Shown in pieces: positions 27,601 through 39,790 of a stretch of DNA of 64,000 bases. The notes under the pieces were generated by a model. It had not been told where the DNA came from. It was given only the letters and a program-made list of their open reading frames with translations, and made no database searches. Each line of letters begins with the position of its first letter. Positions within the stretch are counted from its first letter, which is position 1. The stretch is from Obrimoposthia wandeli (taxonomy: Eukaryota): positions 124,001 through 188,000 of the forward strand of contig CDROCS010000586.1 in assembly GCA_977020255.1 (NCBI GenBank). The letters are read 5' to 3'. The translations under genes and the position numbers were made by a program.

Positions 27601-29464
27601 TTAATCATTTAAAATATATCAAAAATTCTATTGAGAACAACATTAACCTGAGCGCATCATTTTCGTTTTATCCTTTTACATTGACGACGAGTTACTCTAA
27701 AGTTTTTTGTGGTTTTGAATTATATAACTGAATATTTTTTTTAAAGTTTCAATTCATAGGCTTCTCACATAGACTCTTTGCTAGGAATATTGACAAAGTA
27801 CAAATATCCACGGTTAAGAAAAATTTCCGCATTTCACTAGGTTTATCAACTCCTATTTTGGTTTGATTATAAGAATCAAAAAGTCAGAAATTCAATTTCT
27901 TTTTGTTTCTAGAATTTTAACTTTTACGTGATAATTTTTTGACTGGGTTTAAGGATATTAAAACATGGCTGGAAGAATAAAAGAAGATGTATGAAAGCGT
28001 AAGATATTAAATTTTTTTAGCATCAATGACACCACATTTGAAACTACACATGTGTCAAGAAATATTCAGGTGTCTAGCTAAAGCAATGATAAGATTATAA
28101 CTTCTATATATTTCTAATTCCATTTTACATTTTCTAGGCAGTAAATGAGAAACAAAAATAATTTGTGTAATATTTTGGAACTGTACAGCATCACAAAAAT
28201 ATTTCCCAACCCCATTTTCGTATGAATCTTTACAAGGGAGTTCGGGAGTTCTTTCTGGGTTGTTTTAGCCTAACTCCGAACAAATATTTTCAAATTGTTA
28301 TTTCTTATAGTACATTATCGAATTGTACGACATATTGGCGACCGTCCTTCATATTGCAGCAGAAGCAGCGCGGGGACCAGTAACAGCAGCATCGACAGCA
28401 GCTCCCACATCGACAGCAGCTCCCACATCGACTTGAACGAGACCCAGAGTTCTGACATCTCGGACTACATCGGCGTCGAACAATCCGCCAATGAGGTTAA
28501 TATCATTAGTATAGCACCAATCTCCCAATAGACAGCGGCAAATTTATCCTCGAGGTAATCCAATAATTCTAACTTACGGGTTTTCTGTTTCGGTGTTCAG
28601 TCAGAGAATTGCGGCCATTCTCGACTATTTTACCTTTACTCCAGCTCGTTGTAACGTTTCCTCACTCACGGTTTCTTCATTCAATCTTCCGATTTTGTAC
28701 TCTTTTGTTATTCTTTCTAATTTTATTTTAATTCAATTTTCATCATTTTCATCGTGCTGCTATTTTTTAATATTTTATCATTAACATTTTGTTTCTTGGA
28801 TATTTCAGGAGACACAGACTTTAATTTTGGCATATTCTTTTCATTTTTTCTTCCTTCTCTTTTTTGTGAAATCTTCTGCCCATAAATAATATCCCTTTAT
28901 TCATTTTTATGAGTAATTTCTTCTGCAGTTACTTATATAATTTCCCTCTACTTCACTGCTTTTAATATATTTATTTATTTCTTCATCGTTTTATTCTCCC
29001 ATTTCGTGTTTCCTTGTCATATTTACTTCTTCTAACAGAATGCGGTCAACTCAAGCCCGGTCGTGCGGCCCCGAATATCACCGCAAACCTCAGAAGCGGA
29101 GGGGGGTGTGCACTATCGGGACAGTCGCGAGATCACTGCCTCCCGTCTTCCGCAATCTTCTGGTGCTCGAACAGGCACTCATGTTATGCTGCTGCGTCAC
29201 CGACGTTGCTACGATCCGGCACTTAGGCGCTCCCAGTCGCTGGAGGACTTGCCGGAAGATAACACATTCATCAGCCGCCACCGCCTTAAGCAGCAGGCTC
29301 TACAGTCACCCACTGCCTCTGTCATCAACCCCTACACGTCGCCTTCCACCAAGCTCACCCTCAGACCCTCCAAGAAGGACGTCAAACCATCCAATCTCAC
29401 CAGGGGCCGACAGCCCTCCATCATCATCAAGCAGGCCCGCCCACAAGCACCATCCATCATTTGA
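3567..29464 (+). CDS. FRMD4: FRMD4-like gene (FERM domain + CUPID/DUF3338 domain), multi-exon; 5' exons not resolved
   Basis: Exons 3567-3632, 3689-3746, 10298-10377, 14575-14689, 17480-17813, 19838-20013, 20239-20346, 20392-20505, 21149-21401, 22954-23204, 26816-27075, 28360-28495, 29039-29464(stop). All have AG/GT ends and matching phases. TEKVLRSYEKFSGISSDELMIK-FMHTISELPYQLFHFFPAR and RYTWAEIFNIRHNKNRLNIDIQD resemble FERM F2/F3 of FRMD4A. LCKEESSITGQMPDDY matches the CUPID motif LCLREAELTGKLPVEY. Confidence 0.8.
3689..3746 (+). CDS. FRMD4: FRMD4-like exon, FERM F2/F3 boundary (FMHTISELPYQLFHFFPAR)
   Basis: 56-nt intron upstream; ctttgcag| and |gtaagt; phase 2 to 0; 19 codons, same length as YMSIVESLPTYGVHYYAVK. 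Confidence 0.75.
6783..7212 (+). pseudogene. Tc1/mariner-type transposase relic
   Basis: ELHEEDY and CFQRDGVAAHFVLVVRDFL...RWFG resemble WFQQDGAPPHFA..VRDFL...RWIG. Confidence 0.6.
8130..8480 (+). pseudogene. Tc1/mariner-type transposase relic (N-terminal part)
   Basis: RRFKETGSVDE and LQYDLNKGDPDRRLNFCE patterns. Confidence 0.55.
10298..10377 (+). CDS. FRMD4: FRMD4-like exon, FERM F3 (RYTWAEIFNIRHNKNRLNIDIQDLSH)
   Basis: gtttcag| and |gtgagt; F/Y-x-W-x2-I pattern of the FERM C-lobe; phase 0 to 2. Confidence 0.75.
11222..11434. mobile_element. ~210-bp MITE, copy 1
   Basis: Bounded by its own inverted ATAGTAATTTGTGTTT / AAACACAAATTACTAT; an inverted copy lies at 12902-13121. Confidence 0.65.
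12902..13121. mobile_element. ~210-bp MITE, copy 2 (inverted relative to copy 1)
   Basis: Reverse complement aligns along the whole of 11222-11434 with scattered mismatches. Confidence 0.65.
13830..14319. repeat. 98-bp tandem repeat, exactly 5 near-identical copies
   Basis: Units start at 13830, 13928, 14026, 14124, 14222 (TGCAATATCTGGGAACCC...GCAGTAGTA); I saw one substitution, in copy 5. Confidence 0.95.
14575..14689 (+). CDS. FRMD4: FRMD4-like exon, end of FERM F3 (SSIRRKSSALGLCYELAFPQLAKAVVNLVKDLVVIFTE)
   Basis: ctttacag| and |gttagt; phase 2 to 0, linking the exons at 10377 and 17480. Confidence 0.7.
15978..16306 (+). pseudogene. Tc1-type transposase relic with internal deletion
   Basis: LDFNNIENVWGILSNIIY resembles PDLNPIENVW..L...VY. 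Confidence 0.5.
17480..17813 (+). CDS. FRMD4: FRMD4-like exon, Ser/Asn-rich linker
   Basis: ctttgccag| and |gtaagt; GC-rich island; phase 0 to 1. Confidence 0.75.
19838..20505 (+). CDS. FRMD4: FRMD4-like exons 19838-20013, 20239-20346, 20392-20505 encoding the CUPID (DUF3338) domain
   Basis: Canonical splice sites including a 45-nt intron (20347-20391); EEALVLCKEES|SITGQMPDDYYKL...|DYFEDKKRFILLEIE. Confidence 0.8.
21149..21401 (+). CDS. FRMD4: FRMD4-like exon (ICVLTDSLRQLE..., end of CUPID coil and start of tail)
   Basis: atttgcag| acceptor; donor cag|gtgacg gives phase 1 (an alternative phase-1 donor lies near 21350). Confidence 0.65.
22263..22685. repeat. 109-bp tandem repeat, ~3.7 copies
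   Basis: AAGATGTTCC anchors at 22263, 22372, 22481, 22590; the last copy is internally deleted. Confidence 0.9.
22954..23204 (+). CDS. FRMD4: FRMD4-like exon, low-complexity tail
   Basis: GC-rich open frame; acceptor cccag| is in phase 1 (the upstream acceptor at 22931 is phase 0); donor ttg|gtagga. Confidence 0.6.
24795..25020 (+). mobile_element. L2/CR1-like LINE reverse transcriptase relic
   Basis: IDLSVAFDTVTHEILLKYL, VPQGTIL and HFHRYADGTQ (YADD-like), with frameshifts. Confidence 0.7.
26520..26800 (+). pseudogene. piggyBac-like transposase N-terminal relic
   Basis: Acidic VTDESETEDDDIFDE followed by ILMKYSNKEGKRVY (TN.EG.RV-like). Confidence 0.4.
26816..27075 (+). CDS. FRMD4: FRMD4-like exon, low-complexity tail
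   Basis: tcttgcag| and ctcag|gtgaat; phase 0 to 2. Confidence 0.7.
28360..28495 (+). CDS. FRMD4: FRMD4-like exon, Ser-rich
   Basis: atattgcag| and gag|gttaat; phase 2 to 0. Confidence 0.7.
29039..29464 (+). CDS. FRMD4: FRMD4-like terminal coding exon (NAVNSSPVVRPR...QAPSII*)
   Basis: Long pyrimidine tract with ctaacag| acceptor, phase 0, TGA at 29462-29464; GC-rich 3' UTR follows. Confidence 0.7.
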   Translation, partial: NAVNSSPVVRPRISPQTSEAEGGVHYRDSREITASRLPQSSGARTGTHVMLLRHRRCYDPALRRSQSLEDLPEDNTFISRHRLKQQALQSPTASVINPYTSPSTKLTLRPSKKDVKPSNLTRGRQPSIIIKQARPQAPSII

Positions 29465-30063
29465 CACCAATTCTCGCCTCCCACACGCACATGCAAACCA
29501 TCTGCATACTCTCTTTCCTCCGACACGTACCGTCAAGCCCCTTCATCAATTGACATCGTTTTTCACGACAAAGAGCAACTGCCATGGTATACGCTTGCCC
29601 GATGCCTAGAAACTTTGGGCTTTGTTGAGTTAGCATCTTCATCTGAAATGACAGCTTCTTGATGTGCTTCTAGAGCTCGCAGAGGTTTTGCCTCTTCTTG
29701 GTCGTTGTCGCCTCTGTACATAGGTTGTGACTCCATCGTGCCGTGTAAATAGACTTTGATGCTTCTCTGTGATGTAATGCCCGTCTACACATGCCCGCAC
29801 TCGCGCCCGCAGTCGCCTGCTGTCCGTATTTCTGTCCCCAGTCGGTCGACCTGGCCCCACATTGCCACCTGGTCTGCACTGCCATGTCATACTGTCTACC
29901 GCCTGAGACTTGCTAACCTGACCGAGCTAGCCTGTATTTGTGACTGCTCCCCCTCCCCATCTCCCCAGACTGCGTTGTCAGATTTCCGATTGGGGTTCCG
30001 ATATATGACCAATATCAAAAGTCGACTTGAGTGCTTTCTAATTTGACGCGCATCGTTTAGATT

Positions 30064-30069
30064 AATAAA
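30064..30069 (+). terminator. Polyadenylation signal AATAAA of the FRMD4-like gene
   Basis: AATAAA sits exactly where the GC-rich 3' UTR gives way to AT-rich DNA. Confidence 0.55.
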
Positions 30070-31799
30070 TGACTGTTTTTATATACACTTATTTTTGACA
30101 CCAGTACAAGAATTTGCAAAGTACTGCCATATCAACATTTGTGAAATATTTAAAATCGCCCCTAAATTTAACAGGCAAAAGGTCCCCTAAAGTATTTCTC
30201 AACTTTCCATGCCCAACTATCTAAAAAATCATAATTATCAAAAGTCAAAAATTTAATATTTCCAAAATATATTTTTATTTCGAATTGAATATCTCCGATT
30301 TCCGATTGCGAATAACTCGAAAAATACTAAACCAATTTGGAAAGTACTGCCATATCAACATTTGTGAAATATTTAAAATTTCCAAAACATTTATTATATA
30401 ATTACTGTAATTGGGTCTACTGACAATAGTAAATAATCGACTCCCTGTAAAAAGATCCGTAAGAAGTTATTTACAAGTACTTTACATTAACAGCTTTTCA
30501 TGCTTTTTATGGGATTTAATGTGTATTCTCAACGATCATACATTTAGACATAAGTTATTTCCTGTTTAAAGAACACGTACATATATAAAATTAAGTATTG
30601 AACTTTAATTCATTAAAAAATTACTATTTGACAAAATTCAGCTCCTCACAATTAGTAAATGCAGGTTCTTATTCAGAATTTTTATTGGTTGTGCGACTTG
30701 TGATAAGGGAGTAATTTTATAAACCTATTTACAAAATAAATAAGCAGAGTTCATTTTTTATTACATTTCAAATATTTCAATCCAAAAGGATTTTTTGTAT
30801 ATTTTGTATATAATTTTCTTTTTTCTATCTGAAATAAAATGAATTTTTCATGATGCTTTTCTTAATGGGAAATTAAAAAATGTAAATTTTCAACAACCTA
30901 AAATATCACTGAAATAATAATTGATATTTATTATTAGAAACCTTCATAATTAAAGTTACTTAGATGTCGCGGTTGTTGTGTCTAAGGTAACTTCAGAATT
31001 TAACAACATTCAAGTATGAATAGATCCTGATTTCGTGTAATATCAAACATTTCCTATGCAATTTTGCCTTGTTAAAAGTTATTGAAATTTTGTTTCCATC
31101 AGATATGTATTTAGATTATTTGTAAAATCTTGTAAATTGATAAATCTTGAAATTTGTCTCGGCAAGTTCAAGTCACTTTTCTTAAGGAGCGTGCTAATTT
31201 TTTACTTGAATTTAACCTATTATAGTTTAAAATGAGTGGAGATATCATAAGACAAGGGCAATTTAATCAAACTCTGAAGAAAGAATGACCAGCATGAAAA
31301 TTTCCAGATATTGATTTATATTAACTAAATTTGATTTAAATATTAGTGACTTTCCCATTCGAATAAATTTATTTGACCTTTCAGAATAAAAAATTATCAC
31401 AACCTTTATTATTTAAAAATATTGCAGTTAAAATAATTTTTAAGGGGAACAAAATTTCCAATAATTCTAAGTAAAAAGAGTTGAAAAAAAAGAGAAAGGA
31501 AATTGTGCCAAAACATTAAATCTTTACAGCTGATATTATTTTGATAAAATTTAAACTTCAAAAATGGAAAATATATTCAAAAAAAATCTAAATTGAACAT
31601 TTGTTAATCATATTTAAACATACAATATGTAACTTTTGACCTTAAAGCTTCTTTATTATCTGTCAGTTTACAAATGTCGGTTAATTTGCTTTCCATATGG
31701 CAGGAGCTCACAGCTCAATTATTTTTCAGATTTCTAATACATCAAAACATATTGTCAGGTTACTTTCTTTTTAGTTGCTATTAGAATAGCTGTAACAGC

Positions 31800-32520
31800 A
31801 GACTTATCGTCATCGTTCTTGCAATTTTCCAACTAATAAATCCCAACTTTTTACAAATCTGTCATCATCACCTTCAACATCTTCACATATATATTGATCT
31901 TCTAAACGCTCTTCCTGTATGTGAACAACATTATTTTTCTAGATTTTTTGAGCTTTATCCAACACGGTCTGATTTAATATATTTATTCACTCATTTCACT
32001 GTTCTCTTCTATTTCTTCAAAGTTCAAAATACAATAGTATCTTATACCTAACCTTAAAAGCTTTTATTATTTCTTGATCCAACGGTTGTAGCTTGTATGG
32101 GGTATTTGGCTCATAAAAATAAAGTTCCACATTTAACAGATCAATATTTAAGGATGTATGGGAGCATTATTTAATAATAACAGATTTCTATTAACATATT
32201 ACGAGTATGATATAAGACGTTTTCCATACTATTAATCTGTCTTCTGTGACTTGGATTTCGTTCAAAATTAACAGAATTATTACTGTGTTTTTGGACGTTT
32301 TCTCTAAATTTTGTTTTCATGTTCCACGTTTAGAATTCTGTTTCAAAAATGTTTTATAGATTTTTAAGTAGAAATTTAATGAAGTTATAGAAAGTTTCTG
32401 TTTGTTTCATTTTAAATAATTTTTGCTTAACTAGTCCAATGATTACATTTATCATACGCATTCGAACATAAACAATTCTAGAATGAAGTGTTGTTCAAAG
32501 CTAGTTGTAACAGACGTTGT
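31800..32520 (-). pseudogene. pogo/Tigger-like transposase relic
   Basis: PNTPYKLQPLDQEIIKAFKVRYK at ~32040-32110 on the - strand (PPNTTS.LQPLDQGII..FK..Y pattern). Confidence 0.65.
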
Positions 32521-32790
32521 TTGTGAAGTAGAGCATAGGATAATTTTTTCATTCGTTGCCTTGTTTTAGTTTTGATATTATAAGTTTATAATCCCATTCA
32601 GAAATTTTTAATTGAGTTATCTTACTATTAGTGTGATCTGTAATTCAATTCACGGTCGTTAGAAATATATAAAAATAAATGGTTATCGAATTATTCCGGG
32701 AAAATTAAGGGGGAACATTGTAAGAAATAAAAAAATACAAGTTTTCTCTGATTTGAGCCAATAATTGGAGATTATACAAGGCATTCACAC

Positions 32791-32914
32791 GAATTCGATT
32801 GTTGGTTTTTTTACACCTTTACTCAAGGCAAATTTCAAAACGAAGGTAGTGAAGAACTCGTCTTTGTCATGTAGCTGGACGAGATGGATCTGATTCTCCA
32901 TTGTCAGTTCTGAC
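32791..32914 (-). CDS. Candidate exon of an unidentified - strand gene (SELTMENQIHLVQLHDKDEFFTTFVLKFALSK)
   Basis: aaattcag| acceptor and GC3-rich codons like the real exons; donor uncertain. Confidence 0.35.
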
Positions 32915-34675
32915 CTGAATTTATTGGGAAATATAATTAACCTTAAAGTCGTATAAAAAATCAATATTGGACGAAGACAAAAATAACGTCTAAAATAACG
33001 TCTAAAATGAAAAGTAATCATAGATTGTTTTTTATTTGACAGTAAATAAAATTGAATTATTTAAGATAACTTTATGATAAAAAAGAAAATGTCTGTAATA
33101 TGTTGACAATAGCAATGCACAACATCCAAAATTGGTGACATTATTTTCAATCGTTTTAGACCATCCTTTTGTATACATAATGAAGGACTGTTTTCTTTTA
33201 CGAACTCATCAGTGAAATAGGCTTACCGTACTCCAATAAATACCCCTAACGTTATTATTAAAAATAAAATAGTTTGTATATTTTTAGATAAACAAAAACT
33301 ACCTTCAACATTAAAATAATTAATAATAATTTGAAAATAGGTGGTAAAGGAAAAATTTATTAAATAAAAAAAACCTTATGTTGTAATTTAAATTGCATTA
33401 AAATAATTAATAGATTTTAAAATTTAAGTTTAGTGAAGAATTTGTTTTTTATGCATTTGTTTTAATGCATCAAAAACACCTACAAAAATAAAGAAAGTCT
33501 GCCTTGTCTAAATAGACAAGGCAAACATTGTTTTGTCCCAATTACCAATTCAATTTTTGTTTGCCACAATGTTTGAAGTCAAGGTTTGAAACAAGATTTG
33601 AATAAATGGTTGAAGCTTTAGTCAATTTTGAATTTATGAATCCCAACGATGAAAATGGCACAGAAACACTTTCAATTACTTAATGAGGCAATTGAAAGAA
33701 ATTGAAGCTAAAATCAGTTGAAAGGAAAAATAATCAGCGCTGCTGGAATCTATACCACAGTAAAATGAATCAACTCCGACAAAACAGGTTAGTAGGAAAA
33801 ATTCGAAAACTCCGCGCAGCTACTGTTCCCCCGTTTCCATACGACCTGAATATCATTAGCCCCACAGGGATAGATGAAAAGAAGCCCAGTATTGAGTAAC
33901 ATTTTTGTATTATAACATTGATGGTCATTTATAAAAGTTTTAAGATATTTTTAATATAGCAGCGTGCGAGGCTTTGTGTATATAAAAACAGTCCTAAATT
34001 AAAAATGCAAATTAAATGCCTAACGCTTCTTAAAATACTAGATATTATGAGATAATTTCGCTAATGTCTGGATGTTGCGCAGTCTTAGTGACATTTATTT
34101 TCAGTTATACAACAACGGATGGTGGGTTTTCATACACAAAACAAGTATACGATAAAGATTTTGTTTCAAAATTTAGGAGTGCAAAAGAAAGAAGATCAGT
34201 CTACAGAGTGTAAAAGAAGAAATATGTGATGGAAATTTTATAATTGAAGGAATCGATAAAATTATTTAAAACTTTCAGTTTTCCTTCTGTCATTATTAAA
34301 TGCATGGAAATGATATGCTTAAAATTTTAGAAGTGCTTCCTCCACTTGCTAATAATTACTAAAATATATTTCTTTATTCATTTATAATATTTTTCACATT
34401 AAAATTCTACGAAAAAATTCGAATATTTATATTGTTAATCATTTGAAGTCAAAATGAAAAAATAATTGTCGTTACCATCAGATAGTGATTTACAAAAGAT
34501 TAATTGACAAAAGATGTCTACTTATAAGTAAAGGTAATATATCTTCATATTAATTTAACAAACATAATAACACAATAAAAGATATTTTAGCATTTCACAT
34601 GTATATTTTTTAAGAATATATAAATAGTTAATGTAAGAAAATGACATTGTCAATTATTAAGCAAAAACAACTTAC

Positions 34676-34773
34676 TTTGGCATCAAAGCACAGCAGACCG
34701 AAATTATGATGATGAAGACAAAACCAACAATTATCAGGATTGGAATTAGTATTGATAGTTCCTTGGAAGTGGT
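34676..34773 (-). CDS. Candidate exon encoding a TM helix (LSILIPILIIVGFVFIIIISVCCALMP)
   Basis: gctgtttag| and |gtaagt; the phase-2 end fits the phase-2 start at 32914. A second frame is also open. Confidence 0.35.
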
Positions 34774-35739
34774 CTAAACAGCATTGAATACTCATTAGTC
34801 AACATTAACAGGAAAAGTAAACCTTTCCGCCATAGACAAGTTATTCTAACTGGGTCAAATGTTGGTTAAAGATGATATTTAATAAACAACATTTGAAATG
34901 AAGAACTATGTAGAGTTTTTAATATTCATTCACAGTTATTTATCAGAGTTTATACCACAGTTAGAAAAAGAAACATTTGAGAAGTGGACCGACGTCTGGA
35001 ACCATGGGCAGATTTTAGACCCGGGCTCCAGTTTCTGCGAGCTTCTTACTTAAACGTCCTACTACTAAAAGTAAATAGTATAAATACCACTTTTAATTTC
35101 TTTGTAATTGGGTTATGATAATATAGTAACAATATTCCTAAATCCGATATTTGGGAAAACTGTGTGTCCTAAGCTTTACTATACAACTACTTATTTTGTA
35201 TATTATGTCAAATAATACATGTTGTTATTAAATTATAACGTACGAGGAGTTTTCTTCTGTTTACAGTAACAGGAAATTTAATCCACTCTTAACAACAATA
35301 TATATCTAATACAATCTTTTACCGGACATACTTTGACTTTAATATTTCAAATTATATTGAATAATCTGAAAGTGTAATACAATTTTAATAAAAGCATAAA
35401 AAATTATAAGTAGGTAAGTAAAGTATAATTCACATTTTTTCTTTCTGCAATTTATTACTAACAAATGTTTGCAAAATGCAGATTCAACACTTTTTTCTGC
35501 AACGGTTATTATTTTTCTTTACTCTTTTTTCGAGGACCCCCAAAACGCCGTGCCTGAAACTTTGGCAAATTTTCAGATTGCATAGCCTCATTCGTCGTTT
35601 TGAAACATTTTCTCGTGAACTGTAAGTCTTATTTACATAGTACAACGCAGTAAATTCACTACGCCAATTTTACTAAACAACAAAAAAATTTTAGAATAAT
35701 AAAATATAAATAAATCAAGAAATGAATTGAATTCAAGAT

Positions 35740-36100
35740 TGTACTTATTCACAAAAAATGCATTCTCTCACAAAAGCCCAAATATGTTTAGTATCTTCTC
35801 GCTGTCTGGTGCAGTGAGCGTGTATATGCATCTTAGGAGTAACAATGATGATAGCAGATTGGGTAAGAAAGTCTCAAATAACAGACAGAGTAAGGGAATA
35901 TTTGACATTAATGCTTCGAAACTTTACAACAATCTACCGATGAATATAAGAAATTATCCAACTGTTTATAAATTCAAGAAGCAGCTGAAGATTTTACAAT
36001 TCAGAAAATATTACGAAGAATAATTGAAAACAGGAAGTGATGTTGAGTAACAAACTTTAGATTCATTAGATATGAGCGCTACATTAAATATATTATTGTT
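35740..36100 (+). mobile_element. L2-like LINE 3' end; related fragments at ~10050-10170 and ~25410-25660
   Basis: FDINASKLYNNLPMNIRNYPTVYKFKKQLK matches the L2 C-terminal pattern; the shared nucleotide core aaagcccaaatatg...atgcatcttag occurs at three loci. Confidence 0.65.
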
Positions 36101-37229
36101 ATTTTATTGTAAATATTTATTTCGAATGTTTTCATTCTTAGAAAATATCACTTAAAATGATATTTGATTAGAAGCGTTACTTGATTAAAAGTTAAATATT
36201 TAAGTGGTAGTTTTAGAAGGTCACTTACTCTAGTCACATCAGAAGTGGTTGAGACTGTAATGGTTCTGACCGTAGATATCTGCAAAATAATAATATGAAA
36301 TAAAGATCATAGGGACCGGACTTTTGAAGATTCTCATTTATATGCTAGTGTGGTACTTAAGTTGTGGGTGGATTTCAAGTGATACATATAGACATAATGA
36401 ACTGTTTCATTTTGATACAACTGTTTGAGAGCTTTTAAAAATATCATTAGAAAGAGCATGAAAATTGCATAAGATAGATGGAAACAAATATTTATTTACT
36501 GAATTTCGAAGTGGAAATTTTAAAAAATAATCTAAAAAATCAAAATTCCTTTTCAAATGTTTCATTCAAAGGATAAAGTAAGATTAGTATAAAGAAAGTG
36601 AGGCATCGTTGTTTCTTCCCTTTACAAAGTAATCACGACTATTGGCAACATTTTCTCTCCTACAATCGGGCAATTTGAACAGTCTGTGTGTGTGAACCGC
36701 ATTTTCACAACTACTTGCTTGAATCGTATTCTTCGTTGGTTAAAATAGATTGCAAATCCGAGGGTCCAGAGAGTAGAAGGAGACAGAAGTTATAAACCGC
36801 TGATTTTAGCAATCTTGAGATGAGCTGCTTGAGGATGGGCTTTGTCTTGGAAAATGCAGATCCTGCCGAGGTCTGTTCTTCTGGTTTCTACCATCTACAT
36901 TCATCTCATCTACTAATTCCCAACTCATTGTGGGTCAGTTCGTACTTCACAGCAATTCTATTTCATCTCCAACTTCTAGTGAGGCACTGTTTGCTATTTA
37001 CATCAAAATGTCCTCCTTTAAGCTGCTGGGTCCAGCTTTGGCTGTTCGATTATTAAATCCGTCTTTTCAACAAAAGTAGACTAATTTTCTTAATTCTTCT
37101 TAACAGAAATTCATCGAGTAAACTGAGAATGTTTAAATGTAAATTTTCGGTGTAAAGAAAATATTAGGGTTTGTCATGAGTATTTTCGTTTTTGTTAGAA
37201 AAACATTTGAAATAAAAAGTCCATCATGA

Positions 37230-37947
37230 TCTGTGGTTTGCTGCATCTTTCTGCTAATTGTCTGATTCCGCGAAAATACCAATCCTTGGACTTAGAATCG
37301 AAAAGCTCCCGACACTCCTTTTCGATATCATCAAGATTTCCACCTGTCTTTCAGAAAAGATGCCATCGATATAAACAGGTAGTAAACTGAAGGAGATAAG
37401 TCTGGCTTATAAGCTGGATGTGATAACAATTCGATGTCATCAAAACCTTGTTGCTTTTCAGACGTTTTTTAGATGTGTAGTACTACTTTCTTTCGGTTAA
37501 CTAAATAAGGATATTTATATTTCAAATCTAATAGAGATCAGAGTTTATTGTTTCACCCTCATGAAGCAGCCGAAAGTGAATTATTTGTACGAAATTCCAT
37601 CAAACACAATTTATCTGAGTTACGTAAATAAAACTATTTTTCATCTCAAACAATAATTTGTTTAACAAATCTATCATTCAATGGATATTTTAACTACTCT
37701 TTTCATTGTTTAATTTTTTATACTTTCCATAAAAGCCAAAGTGTATGGTATCTTTAGAAAGCCCTAAATTAGGACCTAAATCTCTCGCAGACGTTCTTGG
37801 AACCGCTTCAACTATATTACGAAAATCTTTATAATCGTACGACAAAGACTTTCCAAATCTAGGTTTAACTTTAAGGCTTAAATCTCCAGATTTAAATTTC
37901 TTGTATAGATTTTTAATGAAAGTACATTGTTCCCTTCGTATTGGCAT
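37230..37947 (-). pseudogene. mariner transposase relic (N- and C-terminal pieces)
   Basis: KKFKSGDLSLKVKPRFGK...VEAVPRTSARDLG and ELFDSKSKDWYFRGIRQLAER. Confidence 0.7.
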
Positions 37948-38178
37948 ATAAATCTTGTAGATGCATAACCGTTCACGCTTGTTTGAACTAATGTCTTAAA
38001 ATGGACAAAATTTCAATGCTTGTATCTCTCATTATAATAAAGCTCAAATACATTATGTTACATAAAAATTAAATACTTTTATAATTTAAAATTTTTGCGC
38101 GTTTGAATATGTAGATATTCAGTTTGAATATATGTTAACAAACGTCTCTCAGTATAATAGATTTAAAGAATGGTCATG

Positions 38179-38946
38179 AGTAGGTGGATGTGTCCGGTCT
38201 AATCCACCCCCCTCTCCCGGGGAGCTACCACTGTCCTTTAAAACCGTGCATGTGTGTGGAGTGAAATTTTCTATCCCGGCCCCACCCAACACCCTAAAAA
38301 CTAATTAACCCCATTTAACACCCTTTAAAATTGAAAATCTCATAGTGCTCACACAGAGTGAGGAAGTGCCTGAGAGGTCATCGAAGGGCCAACGCGAGCC
38401 CTTCGGGCCCGCGGTAGCCTGACGAGCAATACATATATACAGCCTCAATGGATATTTTGCTGATGACGGGAAAATGCAGCCTCTTTGGACTTTGAGTGAA
38501 GCCACTATGGTGTTTTATGTTTGATTTAATAAATGTTTTGAAAATAATTTTGACTCGTATTTTGTTTTTCTCCTCTAAATTATATAGATCTATTTTTTCT
38601 CCTATAAATCTGACCTAGATATTTAAAAAACATGTAGTTATCTAAAATCTTTCTTAAAAATAGTAGTAATATATTCACATAAACATATTATTTGAAATCT
38701 CGTCTGCGATAAGCCGCCGGGGTCAAAATGAATTCACGTAGTCTTCTCTAATCACCTTTGAGATTAGCGGTAAATTTCAAAGTAAAATTTGTGCCCCCCT
38801 TCGGGTGAAATGGACACACATGCACAAAATTTCACTCCACACACATGCACGAAATTTCACTCCACATACATGCACGGTTTTAAAGGACAGTGGTAGCTCC
38901 CGGGAGAGGGGGAGGGGATGGATTAGACCGGACACATCCACCTACT
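38179..38946. mobile_element. Non-autonomous TIR element (~770 bp)
   Basis: ~90-bp terminal inverted repeats AGTAGGTGGATGTGTCCGGTCTAATCC... / ...GGATTAGACCGGACACATCCACCTACT; no TSD recognised. Confidence 0.75.
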
Positions 38947-39409
38947 GTCTAGAATAAAAAACGAAAATGCTTATCAAACACCTTAATAGATATATGGAAC
39001 AAAATAATGTTAAAAATGCTAAATTTTAAAAAGGTTAAATAAAATAAATTATAAAAGTTTTTACAACCAATTGTATTTTTTTTTCATGCACTAACTGTAT
39101 AAATTATTAAAAATGAGTTATTATTTCTCTTCGCAGTTTAGTCTATGAATTTGAGTGGATACAATTGTACGACTGCTCAATGTGTGGCTTGTTAAACAGC
39201 AACTTTCCCTAACACAACATTTGAAGGAAGGTGTTCCTGTGTGATCCTTCCTATTAGTAATAGTGGTAGGGAAATGGGTAAATGATAATGGTGGTTTCTG
39301 TGGTTAGTGAGCAGTATGCGAGTTTGTCATTTGGGCTATTTTGAAAGTAGAATCAATGTCTTAAGTTGTGACAATCTATTTGATCTAGACAGGGAATATT
39401 TGGTCAATT

Positions 39410-39790
39410 CAAACAGAGTATGGCTTCCACCTCTCCATATCAAACTTGGTATAACGAAGCTGTTTGTGAACTCTTTAAACAAAGACGGAATTGTTCTAAA
39501 CATCTTCTGGAATATTTTACCTTCAAAAAAGGCTGGGTGGGCTCTTGCACAAGTTATAATAATTTTTTTGATAAATGTTGGAACACGTTATTTTGATGAA
39601 GCTTTTATGAATTTTGTGAATTTAGACTGTTTTCCTAGAGCATTTAATGAGGAGCAGAGGGAAGAGTTCCACCAATATATAAAAGTATGGAGAGGTCCGT
39701 GGAACACGAATATGACGGTAGATTATTGTTTATGTATACAACGAGACCTTACAGTGAATAACTACTCACGAAAATCATTAAAAAATAAAA
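39410..39790 (+). pseudogene. Chapaev3 (CMC)-like transposase relic, internally deleted
   Basis: LPPLHIKLGITKLFV, EEQREEFHQYI and MTVDYC.CIQRD motifs; family assignment from memory. Confidence 0.55.

Noticed and set aside
29465-30046. ORFs in the GC-rich region after the FRMD4-like stop (29040-29609, 29756-30046 and others)
   Set aside because: Best explained as a GC-rich 3' UTR ending at AATAAA 30064; no motifs, and the frame is fixed by the upstream exon chain.
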